A DNA stretch of 64,000 bases, from NCBI GenBank assembly GCA_964594775.1, contig CAZQNO010000001.1:1195-65194 (forward strand), given 5' to 3'. The notes under the pieces are model-generated. The model saw only the letters and a list, made by a program, of their open reading frames with translations. It was not told the DNA's origin and did no database searches. Below, piece after piece: positions 37,708-47,230 of the stretch. Within the stretch, counting starts at the first letter, position 1, and the number at the start of each line of letters is the position of its first letter. Source of the stretch: an uncultured Spirochaetaceae bacterium (GTDB lineage: Bacteria; Spirochaetota; Spirochaetia; DSM-16054; Sediminispirochaetaceae). The position numbers and the translations under genes are program-made.

Positions 37708-38880
37708 TCAGAACAGTTCCCTGTCCGATTCGCCGTCGTCCTGCGAGCCGGCCGCATCGACCGTTTTGTCGGCGCTTTCGGTTTTACCGGAGTCTGCCGA
37801 GTCAAAAGCGCCTTTCGTAGTTTCCCCGTTTTTCTCCTCAAATCGTTCGGGGAAAAACAGCGTGCGGACCTGCTGGTCGATGTCGGCGGCGGTGTCGGGA
37901 TTGCTTTCGAGAAAGGCCTTAACGTTTTCTCTTCCCTGTCCGATTCTCTCTTCACCAAAGGAGTACCAACTGCCGCTTTTGGTGATGATATCGAACTTGA
38001 CCGCCGCATCCAGGAGGCTTCCGCTCCAGCTTATCCCCTTACCGAACATGATTTCAAGCTCGACCTTTCTGAAGGGAGGGGCGACCTTGTTCTTGACCAC
38101 CTTTACCCGTACCTTATTGCCGATGGCGTCGTCGGTTCCCTTGGAAATGGTCTCTATTCTCCTCACCTCCAGCCTTACCGAAGAGTAGAACTTTAGGGCT
38201 CGACCGCCGGTGGTGGTTTCCGGATTCCCGAACATGACCCCGATTTTCATTCGGATCTGATTGATAAAGATGAGACTGGTGCGGGTTTTCGATATGGTTC
38301 CAGTCAGTTTTCTCAGTGCCTGGCTCATCAGTCTCGCCTGAAGCCCCATATGGGAATCTCCCATATCTCCCTCGATTTCAGCCTGAGGAGTGAGGGCGGC
38401 GACAGAGTCGACAACGATAACGTCCACAGCCCCGGAACGCACGAGGGACTCGGAAATCTCAAGGGCCTGTTCACCGTTGTCCGGCTGACTGACCCACAAT
38501 TCGTCGATGTTGACGCCGAGATTGCGCGCATAGGAAGGGTCCAAGGCGTGTTCGGCGTCTATAAAGGCCGCTATGCCGCCGTTTTTTTGGCACTCGGCGA
38601 TCGCATGAAGGGCAAGGGTCGTCTTGCCGGATGATTCGGGACCGAAAATCTCAGACACCCTCCCTCTCGGATAACCGCCGATACCCAGAGCCGAATCGAG
38701 GAGAACCGAACCGGAAGGAATGATTCCAATGCTCGTATCCCGCCTGTCTGCACCAAGCTTCATCAAGGAACCCTTGCCGAACTGTTTTTCTATCTGTAGA
38801 CGGGCCGCCTCTAAGGCTTGGGACTTTTCCGATCGCACGCTGTCGGTGTTCTGCTTTTCTTCGCTTGATTTCTTTGCCAT
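37708..38880 (-). CDS. recA: Recombinase RecA (with about 40-aa acidic C-terminal extension)
   Basis: It carries [14 protein letters not shown], the Walker A motif [15 protein letters not shown], and [14 protein letters not shown] and IVVDSVAAL. Confidence 0.97.
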   Translation of the reverse strand: MAKKSSEEKQNTDSVRSEKSQALEAARLQIEKQFGKGSLMKLGADRRDTSIGIIPSGSVLLDSALGIGGYPRGRVSEIFGPESSGKTTLALHAIAECQKNGGIAAFIDAEHALDPSYARNLGVNIDELWVSQPDNGEQALEISESLVRSGAVDVIVVDSVAALTPQAEIEGDMGDSHMGLQARLMSQALRKLTGTISKTRTSLIFINQIRMKIGVMFGNPETTTGGRALKFYSSVRLEVRRIETISKGTDDAIGNKVRVKVVKNKVAPPFRKVELEIMFGKGISWSGSLLDAAVKFDIITKSGSWYSFGEERIGQGRENVKAFLESNPDTAADIDQQVRTLFFPERFEEKNGETTKGAFDSADSGKTESADKTVDAAGSQDDGESDRELF

Positions 38881-38989
38881 GTCTTCCTCCGTGAAACACT
38901 AGCGGGAGCGACCCGTTTTTGCTTTCGGTCTAGAGCATAAAAAAGTGTCTTACCGCAATAGTAGCCGTTCGGTTATTACGAGGTCAAGA

Positions 38990-39445
38990 TCAAATGCGTT
39001 TTTTCGAATCGAGGATGAGGGTAACGGGCCCGTCGTTGAGGTACGCAACCTGCATGTGAGCACCAAAAATCCCCTCTTCTACCGCAACTCCCCGCTTTTT
39101 GACCTCCTCTATATAGGCCCGGTACAGGGATTCTCCCTCTTGCGGTGAGGCGGCGTGGTTGTAGGAAGGTCTTCTGCCCTTTCTCGTATCGGCACAGAGG
39201 GTGAATTGAGATATCGCAAGAACGGATCCTTCAGTATCTATTACCGAGAGGTTCATCTTTCCCGCCTCATCCTGAAAAATACGAAGATTGATAGTCTTAT
39301 CGACGATGTAGGCGAGATCCTCCTCTCCGTCACCCCTTTCGACGCCGAGGTACACAAGAATTCCTCTCTCGATAGAACCGCTTATCTTTTCATCAACGCG
39401 CACCGAACAGTTTTTCACCCGCTGTACCACCGCTCTCATGTTCAT
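38990..39445 (-). CDS. dtd: D-aminoacyl-tRNA deacylase
   Basis: It carries MRAVVQRV...GILVYLGV...SQFTL...GRRPS...V.L.NDGPVT. Its ATG overlaps the stop of the upstream gene (ATGA). Confidence 0.94.
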   Translation of the reverse strand: MNMRAVVQRVKNCSVRVDEKISGSIERGILVYLGVERGDGEEDLAYIVDKTINLRIFQDEAGKMNLSVIDTEGSVLAISQFTLCADTRKGRRPSYNHAASPQEGESLYRAYIEEVKKRGVAVEEGIFGAHMQVAYLNDGPVTLILDSKKRI

Positions 39446-40527
39446 TCTTCCTCGGCATGAGAAAATTGGTGAACAGATTCGGCCTGCAGAAGGATGCCGT
39501 TGTTTCGCAGTTTTACCTGTCCGAGTATTTCGATTGGATAGGCCGGATCGATATCCACGGCAAAAGGAACGGTAACGGGAACGATACCCTCTACGATACG
39601 ACCGGTTTCATAACCGACGAGAAAATCGAAGCGAATGGCATCGGATTCAACGCGAAGGTTGCTCACCCTCCCCTTCCAAATAACGTAGCATTTTTCATAG
39701 AGCAGGGGATCTTCGGCTACTTCTCCGTAGGGGAAATTCGTACCGAGGCTGCTGAACGAAGGAGTTCTTATATGACCCTCTAAAAGGAGGAGTTTACCCT
39801 TGAGCTCTTTTGAGGCGTTGGAAAGGAGGAGTCTATTTATCTCTCGTCTGGCGAGGTTGTCCTTGTAGTCGTGGAAAAGAGCTATTATTTGGGTATAGTT
39901 TTTCTTAAGTTCTTTTTCGTCTATAAGGTATCTGGGGTTTTCGGCATTATCGTTTACATAGGACTCTTGGATGTCGAGATCGAGGCGGCTGATTTCGCTT
40001 CTCTTTGGATGGAGTCTGTTTTCAACAAAGCCGCCGATTATCGGATAGAGAATGACCGCGGCGAGAATGCAGACGGAAACGGCAATGCCGGCGATGAGGG
40101 GGGTGAAGTTTCGCTGTGAAGGAACGAGGTTCTTTATCTTCTCCGATTCGGTGAGTTCGATAAACTTGTCCGTATCTACATTCCGCTTGAGGAGTTTGAG
40201 CCCCCTATTGGCGTAGGCATTGTTGTGATCGTCGTCGAGGACTTGAAACCATATGCGAAGGGCTTCCGCCGTTTCCTGTCTCCGGAGATGAACGACGGCT
40301 ATGCCGAGAAGAGACGGAATGTCTGCCGGTTTGATACTGACCGCCCGCTGCAGATAGGAATAGGCTCCGCCGAAATCGCCGGTATGGAGGCAGGACATTC
40401 CCAACAAATGAAAGAAGCGAAAGCTTTCACGGTATCGAAAAACCTGCGGCTCTAGAAGCTGAAGAACCCGGGAGTACTTCTTTGCGCGAAAGAGTTTTGC
40501 GGCCCGTTTGAGATCGTTCCCTCCCAT
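39442..40527 (-). CDS. TPR protein with central TM segment and uncharacterised C-terminal domain
   Basis: N-terminal TPR-like repeats include FFHLLGMSCLHTGDFGGAYSYLQRAVSIKP. The TM segment is LIAGIAVSVCILAAVILYPII. The C-terminal region is beta-rich. Confidence 0.6.
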   Translation of the reverse strand: MGGNDLKRAAKLFRAKKYSRVLQLLEPQVFRYRESFRFFHLLGMSCLHTGDFGGAYSYLQRAVSIKPADIPSLLGIAVVHLRRQETAEALRIWFQVLDDDHNNAYANRGLKLLKRNVDTDKFIELTESEKIKNLVPSQRNFTPLIAGIAVSVCILAAVILYPIIGGFVENRLHPKRSEISRLDLDIQESYVNDNAENPRYLIDEKELKKNYTQIIALFHDYKDNLARREINRLLLSNASKELKGKLLLLEGHIRTPSFSSLGTNFPYGEVAEDPLLYEKCYVIWKGRVSNLRVESDAIRFDFLVGYETGRIVEGIVPVTVPFAVDIDPAYPIEILGQVKLRNNGILLQAESVHQFSHAEEE

Positions 40528-40534
40528 ATGTTCG

Positions 40535-41623
40535 CTAGCGGGAGTCCTCGTAGGATTCGCTGCGCTCCTGTAAGACAGAGAGGGCTTCTTCGAGTAGCTG
40601 TAGCTTTTCTTCCGAGACTTCCGAAGGATTGGCGAGAAGAGCGTCTATATTGGAAATGATATCCTCAACGACAATGATGTCTTCTTCAATTGAGGAACCC
40701 GCTTGAGAGACGCCGGAAATGCTCTTCCGTACGTTTTCCAGCGAGCTGCTGGTGCCGCCTGCTGCGGTCGAAACAGCAGCGGAAAAACCCGCGCCGCTTG
40801 CCGCACCAATGGCGGTGGTGATCTTTCTTGTCGAGCCGGGGGAGAGACGCTGCGCATTAAAGAAGAGACCTACCGCCGAATCGTTTATCGAATAGGGCGG
40901 AAGATTAAAGTTACGATTGCTGCGCACATCGAGGTTCCATAGCTCATCGTTTATGCGTTTCCAGTTGGCAAAAAGTACCCTGTCCGGTTTTGTAAGGCCG
41001 ATTCCGGTAAGCATGCCTTGAAGGCCCTGAAAGTCATTATAATCACCGGGAGAGATCCAATATGCCGGCATGGATGAGGAAAAGCCCGTTTCTTTTTCGA
41101 TTTTTTCACCGTCGGAGGTGATAAAATGGGCCTTTTCATCTTCTCCGAGATTGGTATCTAAGAGAAAATGAATACCGATATTCGTAACGCTGCGTCCGGT
41201 GTTTTTCACCGTGACCTCAATTTCCACACCGTCGACGAGACTATTACTCCGTGATTTAACGAAGCGAAAGTTCTGTGTTACCCTGCTGCTCGATGAGATC
41301 CAGATAAAACGGGCGCCGTCGACGGTGCGTTCCAGCGTCTGCTCGAAACGTGAGCCGGGCCCAAGGGTGAGAATCTTATTGTTCGAGAGAAGACCGAGGG
41401 AACTGGTGCGAGGATCGCGGTCGAAGAAGAGCGGAATGTAGCGGTCGCTTTTTACCTCTTCTAAGTAGTAGAGAGAGAATCGTCCCGTATCTTCGTGCAG
41501 AACAAGGCGTATTCTGCCCTGTTCTAAACTTAGCGCCTCTGCGCTTTGGGGAAAGAGGAAGAGAAAAAAACAGGCTACACAGAGAAAGAGATAACCGGCG
41601 GGTAAGGGAGAGAATCGTTTCAT
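40535..41623 (-). CDS. Secreted hypothetical protein
   Basis: The signal peptide is MKRFSPLPAGYLFLCVACFFLFLFPQSAEA. The body is beta-rich and the tail is Ser/Ala-rich. No family is recognised. Confidence 0.6.
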   Translation of the reverse strand: MKRFSPLPAGYLFLCVACFFLFLFPQSAEALSLEQGRIRLVLHEDTGRFSLYYLEEVKSDRYIPLFFDRDPRTSSLGLLSNNKILTLGPGSRFEQTLERTVDGARFIWISSSSRVTQNFRFVKSRSNSLVDGVEIEVTVKNTGRSVTNIGIHFLLDTNLGEDEKAHFITSDGEKIEKETGFSSSMPAYWISPGDYNDFQGLQGMLTGIGLTKPDRVLFANWKRINDELWNLDVRSNRNFNLPPYSINDSAVGLFFNAQRLSPGSTRKITTAIGAASGAGFSAAVSTAAGGTSSSLENVRKSISGVSQAGSSIEEDIIVVEDIISNIDALLANPSEVSEEKLQLLEEALSVLQERSESYEDSR

Positions 41624-42603
41624 TTTCCAAGCCCCTCCTGCGCGGCGAGCTGTTTAATATACTGTTCTTTTAGGGAAAGGGCCCGACTCTTTAACTCGAG
41701 CAGTTTCATGGCAGCGGAATTGGAAGCCGCGGAAACAACAACAGTTCCCGTGTCGTCTTCCGAACGGCGGTTAATGGCCGCGTTTTGCTCCCTGAGGCGC
41801 TGATTCTCGCTTTGCAGCGCGCTGAGTCTTTTATTTTTTGCCGCAATTTCATCATTCAATGCGTCGATCAATTCGTTGTCGTTGTCCGCTGTGGCGGCGG
41901 CAAGTTTTCTCTGGTATTCGGCTATCGCCTGTTCGTAGGACTTCTCCTTGCGGTCGAAATCCTCAATGGTTTTGAGATACTCCTCGTGGCTGAGTTTCAG
42001 GAGTTTTAGCAATTCTTCCTCTTTTCTCTTAAGTTCAATGAGGGAAAGACGGTAGCGGGCGGCTTCGACCTTGTAGCCGGTCGGATAATCCCGTACGACC
42101 ATGGAAAAAATGGTTTCGGCCTTGTCGTAGTGACCCAGGCCATAGAGGGATTCTGCAAGCCAGTAGTAGGCGTTTGCCTTATAGGGATGGGACGGATATT
42201 CTTCGATGTAGCGATACAGCTGACGTATGCTCTTCTCGTATTCCTCCTGGAGATACAACAATCGTCCCTTCTGATACAGCGCGTCGGGATAACGGGGGTT
42301 AGATGAGAAGCGGGAAAGAAAAAACTCGATGTTCTGTTCAGCTTTCGCATAGTCTTCGAGGGCCATATAACTTCTGGCAATCCAGAAATAGGCACTGCCG
42401 TGCTGCTCGGCCAAGGAGGAGTCTACAACCACCTCTCTGAAAGAGAGTAGAGCCTTTTTGTAATCCCCGTTGCCGAACTGTGCAATTCCTATTTCGAGAG
42501 GCGTCTTCGTACCGCCGTTGGCAGAAAAAGCGGAAGGAACCATCACTGCGATGAAAAGAAACACAAGAATCGTCTTTCGGATAAAATAGTATATCTGTTT
42601 CAT
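41620..42603 (-). CDS. Secreted TPR + C-terminal coiled-coil protein
   Basis: It has a signal peptide, TPR-like repeats (YFWIARSYMALEDYAKAEQNIEFF, ANAYYWLAESLYGLGHYDKAETIF), and then a long heptad coiled coil. There is an ATGA-type overlap with the downstream gene. Confidence 0.6.
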   Translation of the reverse strand: MKQIYYFIRKTILVFLFIAVMVPSAFSANGGTKTPLEIGIAQFGNGDYKKALLSFREVVVDSSLAEQHGSAYFWIARSYMALEDYAKAEQNIEFFLSRFSSNPRYPDALYQKGRLLYLQEEYEKSIRQLYRYIEEYPSHPYKANAYYWLAESLYGLGHYDKAETIFSMVVRDYPTGYKVEAARYRLSLIELKRKEEELLKLLKLSHEEYLKTIEDFDRKEKSYEQAIAEYQRKLAAATADNDNELIDALNDEIAAKNKRLSALQSENQRLREQNAAINRRSEDDTGTVVVSAASNSAAMKLLELKSRALSLKEQYIKQLAAQEGLGK

Positions 42604-42715
42604 ATATAAACCTTTACCCCCTTATTATTGTCGACGAAAACGGAAAAGATCTGAAAGTTTTTCAAAAAGTACAAGTCTGTCGGCATAATTATAAATTCCT
42701 CATCCGTACCAGCTT

Positions 42716-43399
42716 TTAGTTACCGTTCTCGCCGCGGCCGTCACCACGCACAAGGGCGACCTCCTCCTTCGGATCGTCGGCAGAGAAGAAGGCGCTGCCG
42801 CTTATCAGCACATCAGTTCCCGCTTCGCGTACAATTGCGGCCGTTTCTCGGTTTACCCCACCGTCTACAGCAACGGAGTAGGAATAGCCGAACTCCGTGC
42901 GGAGATCGACGAGTACGCTTACCTTCGAGAGGCAGCTCGGTATGATGTGCTGACCGCCGAAACCGGGATTTACCGTCATAATAAGAATATGATCGAGATA
43001 CGGAAGCAATTCACCAAGGGCCTCAACCGGCGTCGACGGGACAATTGATATACCCGCATAGGTATCCATCTCTCCGATATACTGAATGAGCCGGTGAGCG
43101 TGGGTTTCGGCTTCCAGATGAAAGGTGAGGTAGTCTGCCCCCGCCTCGATAAACTCATCGGCGAAATTTCCGGGCCGGGAGATCATCAGATGGACATCGA
43201 GGGGCAGTTCTGTGAGATTTCGTATATCCGAAACCATCTTCGGCCCAAAGCTGATATTGGGAACAAAATGGCCGTCCATAACATCGAGATGTACCCAGTC
43301 GGCGCCGCTGTCCTCTATTCGGCGGATAGCTCCGACAATGTCGCTGAAGTCTGCAGAAAGTAGTGATGGTGCATAGAGATGGGTCCTTGCGCTCTGCAT
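42716..43399 (-). CDS. rpe: Ribulose-phosphate 3-epimerase
   Basis: It carries APSLLSADF...WVHLDVMDGHFVPNISFGP...DVHLM...MTVNPGFGGQ...VDGG. Confidence 0.95.
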   Translation of the reverse strand: MQSARTHLYAPSLLSADFSDIVGAIRRIEDSGADWVHLDVMDGHFVPNISFGPKMVSDIRNLTELPLDVHLMISRPGNFADEFIEAGADYLTFHLEAETHAHRLIQYIGEMDTYAGISIVPSTPVEALGELLPYLDHILIMTVNPGFGGQHIIPSCLSKVSVLVDLRTEFGYSYSVAVDGGVNRETAAIVREAGTDVLISGSAFFSADDPKEEVALVRGDGRGENGN

Positions 43400-43448
43400 A
43401 TCTATACATGTAACAGATAATTGCGTTTATGACAATCTTTCCATTGAA

Positions 43449-43476
43449 TTGACTAAAGTATTCGTCATGGTATAAT
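43449..43476 (+). promoter_or_regulatory. Near-consensus sigma-70 promoter (TTGACT-16-TATAAT) abutting the GTG start of the next gene
   Basis: TTGACT lies at 43449-43454, followed by a 16-nt spacer and TATAAT at 43471-43476. The GTG start at 43483 is 6 nt after the -10 box. Confidence 0.55.
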
Positions 43477-43482
43477 AAGAGA

Positions 43483-44454
43483 GTGAAAGGACCGGCGAAA
43501 AACTCCATCGATCAACACTCCGAGAGAATCGAATCGATCCTCGTCGACACTCAGGATAAAATTCGAGAAGGGCTCTTTGCGGAGGCGGAAAAACTGCTCG
43601 AACAGGCCCTTGAGATAGATTTTGAGTACCCCGTCGTCCTCTCATCCATGAAATGTGTATCCTTTTGGAAGGAACGGCTTCGGCGCTATGAAGATATCAC
43701 CGACGAGTTCGAACGGGCCGAGTTCCTTCTCAAGCAATGGCTGAGCTTTCACCACTTCTATCGGCGTCTGGACGATCCTATCGAACGGGAGATTTATGCC
43801 CTCAGGCAATGGGTATTCGGCAGCGCCCTCACCGCATATAAGAGGGTTCTCCGCTCCGAAGAAGAAGCGGATGAGGATATTCTTTTTCGCATCGGTCGTT
43901 GTTACAAGGGAGTGGGAGATTACGACAAGGCCTTGGAATTTTTTGAGGCGGCGGGAAGGAAGCGACTAGAGGAACCGGTCTACCTCGCCGAACTTGCCGA
44001 CTGTTACGCCTTTCTCGGAGAAACAAAGGCGGCAAAGGCCTTCTTTCGAGAGGCATTCTTTATCTCACCGGAGAAGGTCCGGCTCGAATTCCTCGAATCG
44101 GGACTTATCGTTCGGCTTATTGAAAGAATACGAGTAATGGGGTATTCTGAAGATGAACTCAACGAGTGGATTCCGGTTTACGGTGTCCTTCTCGGGGTGT
44201 TCAATGTGAAACGGGAGTTGCGACCCCTTGAGTACGGTAAACTGAAACAGTCGATTTATGCACTGGAAAAGCGCATTCACGAGAATGAACCGGAGGAAGA
44301 GGCTTCGGATCGGCTCGTTCCTCGATTATTGAACCGCTACTTTTGGCTCATAGACCACTATGTGAACTCCCATGAAAACAGAGATCGGGTCGAAGATGTC
44401 TTGAAGAAGATGAAACAGCTCGATGAGACGGTATATGAGCACTACATGAACTGA
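43483..44454 (+). CDS. Hypothetical helical (TPR-like) protein
   Basis: It is a 323-aa ORF with TPR-like helices (GRCYKGVGDYDKALEFFEAAG, LADCYAFLGETKAAKAFFREAFFISP). It lies upstream of the long greA. Confidence 0.55.
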   Translation: MKGPAKNSIDQHSERIESILVDTQDKIREGLFAEAEKLLEQALEIDFEYPVVLSSMKCVSFWKERLRRYEDITDEFERAEFLLKQWLSFHHFYRRLDDPIEREIYALRQWVFGSALTAYKRVLRSEEEADEDILFRIGRCYKGVGDYDKALEFFEAAGRKRLEEPVYLAELADCYAFLGETKAAKAFFREAFFISPEKVRLEFLESGLIVRLIERIRVMGYSEDELNEWIPVYGVLLGVFNVKRELRPLEYGKLKQSIYALEKRIHENEPEEEASDRLVPRLLNRYFWLIDHYVNSHENRDRVEDVLKKMKQLDETVYEHYMN

Positions 44455-44482
44455 CGGAAAACGCTAGAACTCGGAGACAAGC

Positions 44483-47230
44483 ATGGCAGAAAAGACGAAA
44501 GACAAGATTCATGAACTCCTCAACGAAGAAAAGTGGACACGGGCCACCCTCAATAGTTATACTATTCAAAACTTTAAAGAACTCGACGCACTGATCGACG
44601 CAACGGATGATGAAGATCGGCTCCAGGAGATCAAGGAAACCTGCGAGGAACATCTCACCCACACAAAAAACAGCATAATAGCCCTGTATTTGTCGGGGAT
44701 CATTGCGCTAAACCAGCAGATGATCGACGACTCCAAGCTTATACAGGTTATTTCGATATTCACAGACAACCACAAATGGAAGATAGTCGAATACATCGCC
44801 GAACGTATTTTATCATTCGGTGAAAATAAATTCGCCCTGCGTACTCTGCTCGAATGCTACGATAATGAAAACGAAGAAGAGAAAAAATACGATATCTGGG
44901 AACGATTAATACGAGTTGATTTCGAAGAAGCGGACATCGTAAAGGAACTCGCCGAAAGAAAAGAGCGCGAGGGGGCCCATGAAGATGCCGTCGAATACTA
45001 TAAGAAGGCAATTCACCGTTATATCGGAAAACGGCTTTTTACCAGCATTCGTGAAATTTGGCAGAAGCTCATCGAATATATCCCGGATGAAACGGACCTC
45101 TTCTTCCATATCGAGAAAAAGGTCGCAAAAGCGATAAATACCGAACGCGCATCTCAGCTGCTTGAAATTCTTTACAACAACTATAGAGAAAAGGAAAACT
45201 GGGATAAGGGCATAGAAATCCTTAAGCGCATACTTACCTACGATTCGAAAATTGAGTGGGCCCGTAAGGAAATAACCGAGTGTTACCGAAAGAAACACGC
45301 AGGTCACAGTCAGCTCGAAGAATACATCAAGCTCTCCAATCTCACGCAGGGATGGAGAAACGTGCACGAAGCCATCGAAGATTTCGAAAAGCACATTTCC
45401 TTCGATGCGGGTAATTTCGTATATCATCGCTCTTGGGGTATCGGCCGTATACGATCGATAAAGGGCGATTCAATTGTTATCGACTTCACCAAGAAACGGG
45501 GCCATACAATGAGCCTGCAGATGGCGGTCAACGCCTTAGACAGCCTCAGCAAGGACCACATCTGGGTGTTAAAGGCGGTGCTGCCGAAGGATAATTTGAG
45601 AGAGAAGATCAAGGGGGGAAAAAAGACCGACAAGGAAGCTTACAGAGAAAGCATCACCTGGACTCTCAAAACCATCATCAAGAGCTACGGAAACTCGGCA
45701 AACATGAAGCAGATCAAGGCAGAGCTGGTGCCGAGCATTTTGACCTCCGGTGAATGGACCTCCTGGAGTACAGAGGCAAGAGAGATTCTGAAGACCGACC
45801 CATCCTTCGGCAATCTTCCCGAAAAGGTGGATCACTATGTGGTGAGAGACACCCCCATTTCCTTCGAAGAAAAGGTCTACAACAGATTCAGAGCGGAAAA
45901 GAACTTTTTTGGACGATTGAAAATCCTCCGTGAGTATCTAGCCCAGCAAAAGGACCCCGAATCCGGAAAGCCTAAGGATCCGGAATCGGAATACTTTGCC
46001 GAAATGTTCGAATACTTCGTCGCATTTCTCAGATCCTATTCGTCGGTCAACGAACAGGTAGTCGGCAGTTTCCTCCTTGTAACGCGTCTTGTTCGAGATT
46101 TTCCCTTTCTCAACCCGGGAATCGAGAGTGAATTCTCCGATCTTCTCGAGCAATTGAGCGAGAAAGGGGTGGAAGAGGTGTTTCAAAATATCGAAGACAC
46201 GGAATTGAAAAGAGAGTTTCTTGAGCGCACGAAAAAGCAGTCGAAGAGATGGCCGGAAATTTTTGTTCGACTCTTCCCCTACTCCCTTTCCGATTACATT
46301 GTGAACGAACTGAGAAAAAAGGGATACGAGCAACAGATAAAGGAACTCTTTAAAGGACTCTTTGATCAATACAAGGATAAGCGTGAGGCATTTATCTGGG
46401 CCGCGCGAAATATCGATGAGGCGGATTGGGAAGAACGTTTTTCGATCTCTTATGAGAAGGTCCTCATCGCGATGGTTCATCTCCTCGACATAAGCTTCAG
46501 AGAAATCGAAAATAAACGGGACGTAAGCGCAAACAGAAGACTCAACAAGCAGATACAGTCCTTTCTCTTCAAGGACGATACCCTGCTGAAATTTCTTATG
46601 AAAACCGACAGAGACTCCATACAGCGTTTATTTACTCTGGTAAACGACGTACACGAGCTCGATCCCGGCACAAGAATTGAGATCAAACATAAGATCATGG
46701 AACGCTTTCCGGATTTCCACTTCTATGGCGAGGAGGAAATGGAAAAGGTATCCCGCGGACTCATTGTCACCCAAAAACGGTACGATGAAAAGCAAAAGCA
46801 GCTTCAACATATTTTAGAAGTTGAGATTCCCGAGAACTCGAAAGAGATAGGTGCCGCCATTGAGCTGGGAGATCTCAGCGAAAACGCAGAGTACAAGGCG
46901 GGAAAAGAGCGGCAGGAGATGCTCAATCTGACCGTCTCCAAGCTCAAAGAAGAGCTCGATAAGGCAAATATTTTCAGACCTAATGAAGTTAATGCGGAGA
47001 AAGTTTCCTTCGGGACGATGGTGACCCTCCGTAACCATGACACCGAAAAAGCCGAGGTGTATAAGTTCTTCGGTCCCTGGGAATCGAATCCCGACGAGAA
47101 CGTGATAAGTTACCTTTCGCCGTTTGGCGCAAAGTTATGGAATCATAAAGAGGGAGAAGAGGTCCAATTTGAAATCAATGAACGTTCCTACCACTACAGT
47201 ATTACGAGTATCGAGGCTTCGGATTTTTAA
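44483..47230 (+). CDS. greA: Long-form transcription elongation factor GreA (915 aa; GreA module only in the C-terminal ~150 aa)
   Basis: The C-terminus AAIELGDLSENAEYKAGKERQ (46868-46894 encodes GDLSENAEY) contains the GreA coiled-coil tip. It is followed by an FKBP-like C-domain (VSFGTMVTL...ISYLSPFGAKLWNHKEGEEV). The N-terminal ~760 aa are helical with one Tudor/CarD-like segment. Confidence 0.85.
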   Translation: MAEKTKDKIHELLNEEKWTRATLNSYTIQNFKELDALIDATDDEDRLQEIKETCEEHLTHTKNSIIALYLSGIIALNQQMIDDSKLIQVISIFTDNHKWKIVEYIAERILSFGENKFALRTLLECYDNENEEEKKYDIWERLIRVDFEEADIVKELAERKEREGAHEDAVEYYKKAIHRYIGKRLFTSIREIWQKLIEYIPDETDLFFHIEKKVAKAINTERASQLLEILYNNYREKENWDKGIEILKRILTYDSKIEWARKEITECYRKKHAGHSQLEEYIKLSNLTQGWRNVHEAIEDFEKHISFDAGNFVYHRSWGIGRIRSIKGDSIVIDFTKKRGHTMSLQMAVNALDSLSKDHIWVLKAVLPKDNLREKIKGGKKTDKEAYRESITWTLKTIIKSYGNSANMKQIKAELVPSILTSGEWTSWSTEAREILKTDPSFGNLPEKVDHYVVRDTPISFEEKVYNRFRAEKNFFGRLKILREYLAQQKDPESGKPKDPESEYFAEMFEYFVAFLRSYSSVNEQVVGSFLLVTRLVRDFPFLNPGIESEFSDLLEQLSEKGVEEVFQNIEDTELKREFLERTKKQSKRWPEIFVRLFPYSLSDYIVNELRKKGYEQQIKELFKGLFDQYKDKREAFIWAARNIDEADWEERFSISYEKVLIAMVHLLDISFREIENKRDVSANRRLNKQIQSFLFKDDTLLKFLMKTDRDSIQRLFTLVNDVHELDPGTRIEIKHKIMERFPDFHFYGEEEMEKVSRGLIVTQKRYDEKQKQLQHILEVEIPENSKEIGAAIELGDLSENAEYKAGKERQEMLNLTVSKLKEELDKANIFRPNEVNAEKVSFGTMVTLRNHDTEKAEVYKFFGPWESNPDENVISYLSPFGAKLWNHKEGEEVQFEINERSYHYSITSIEASDF

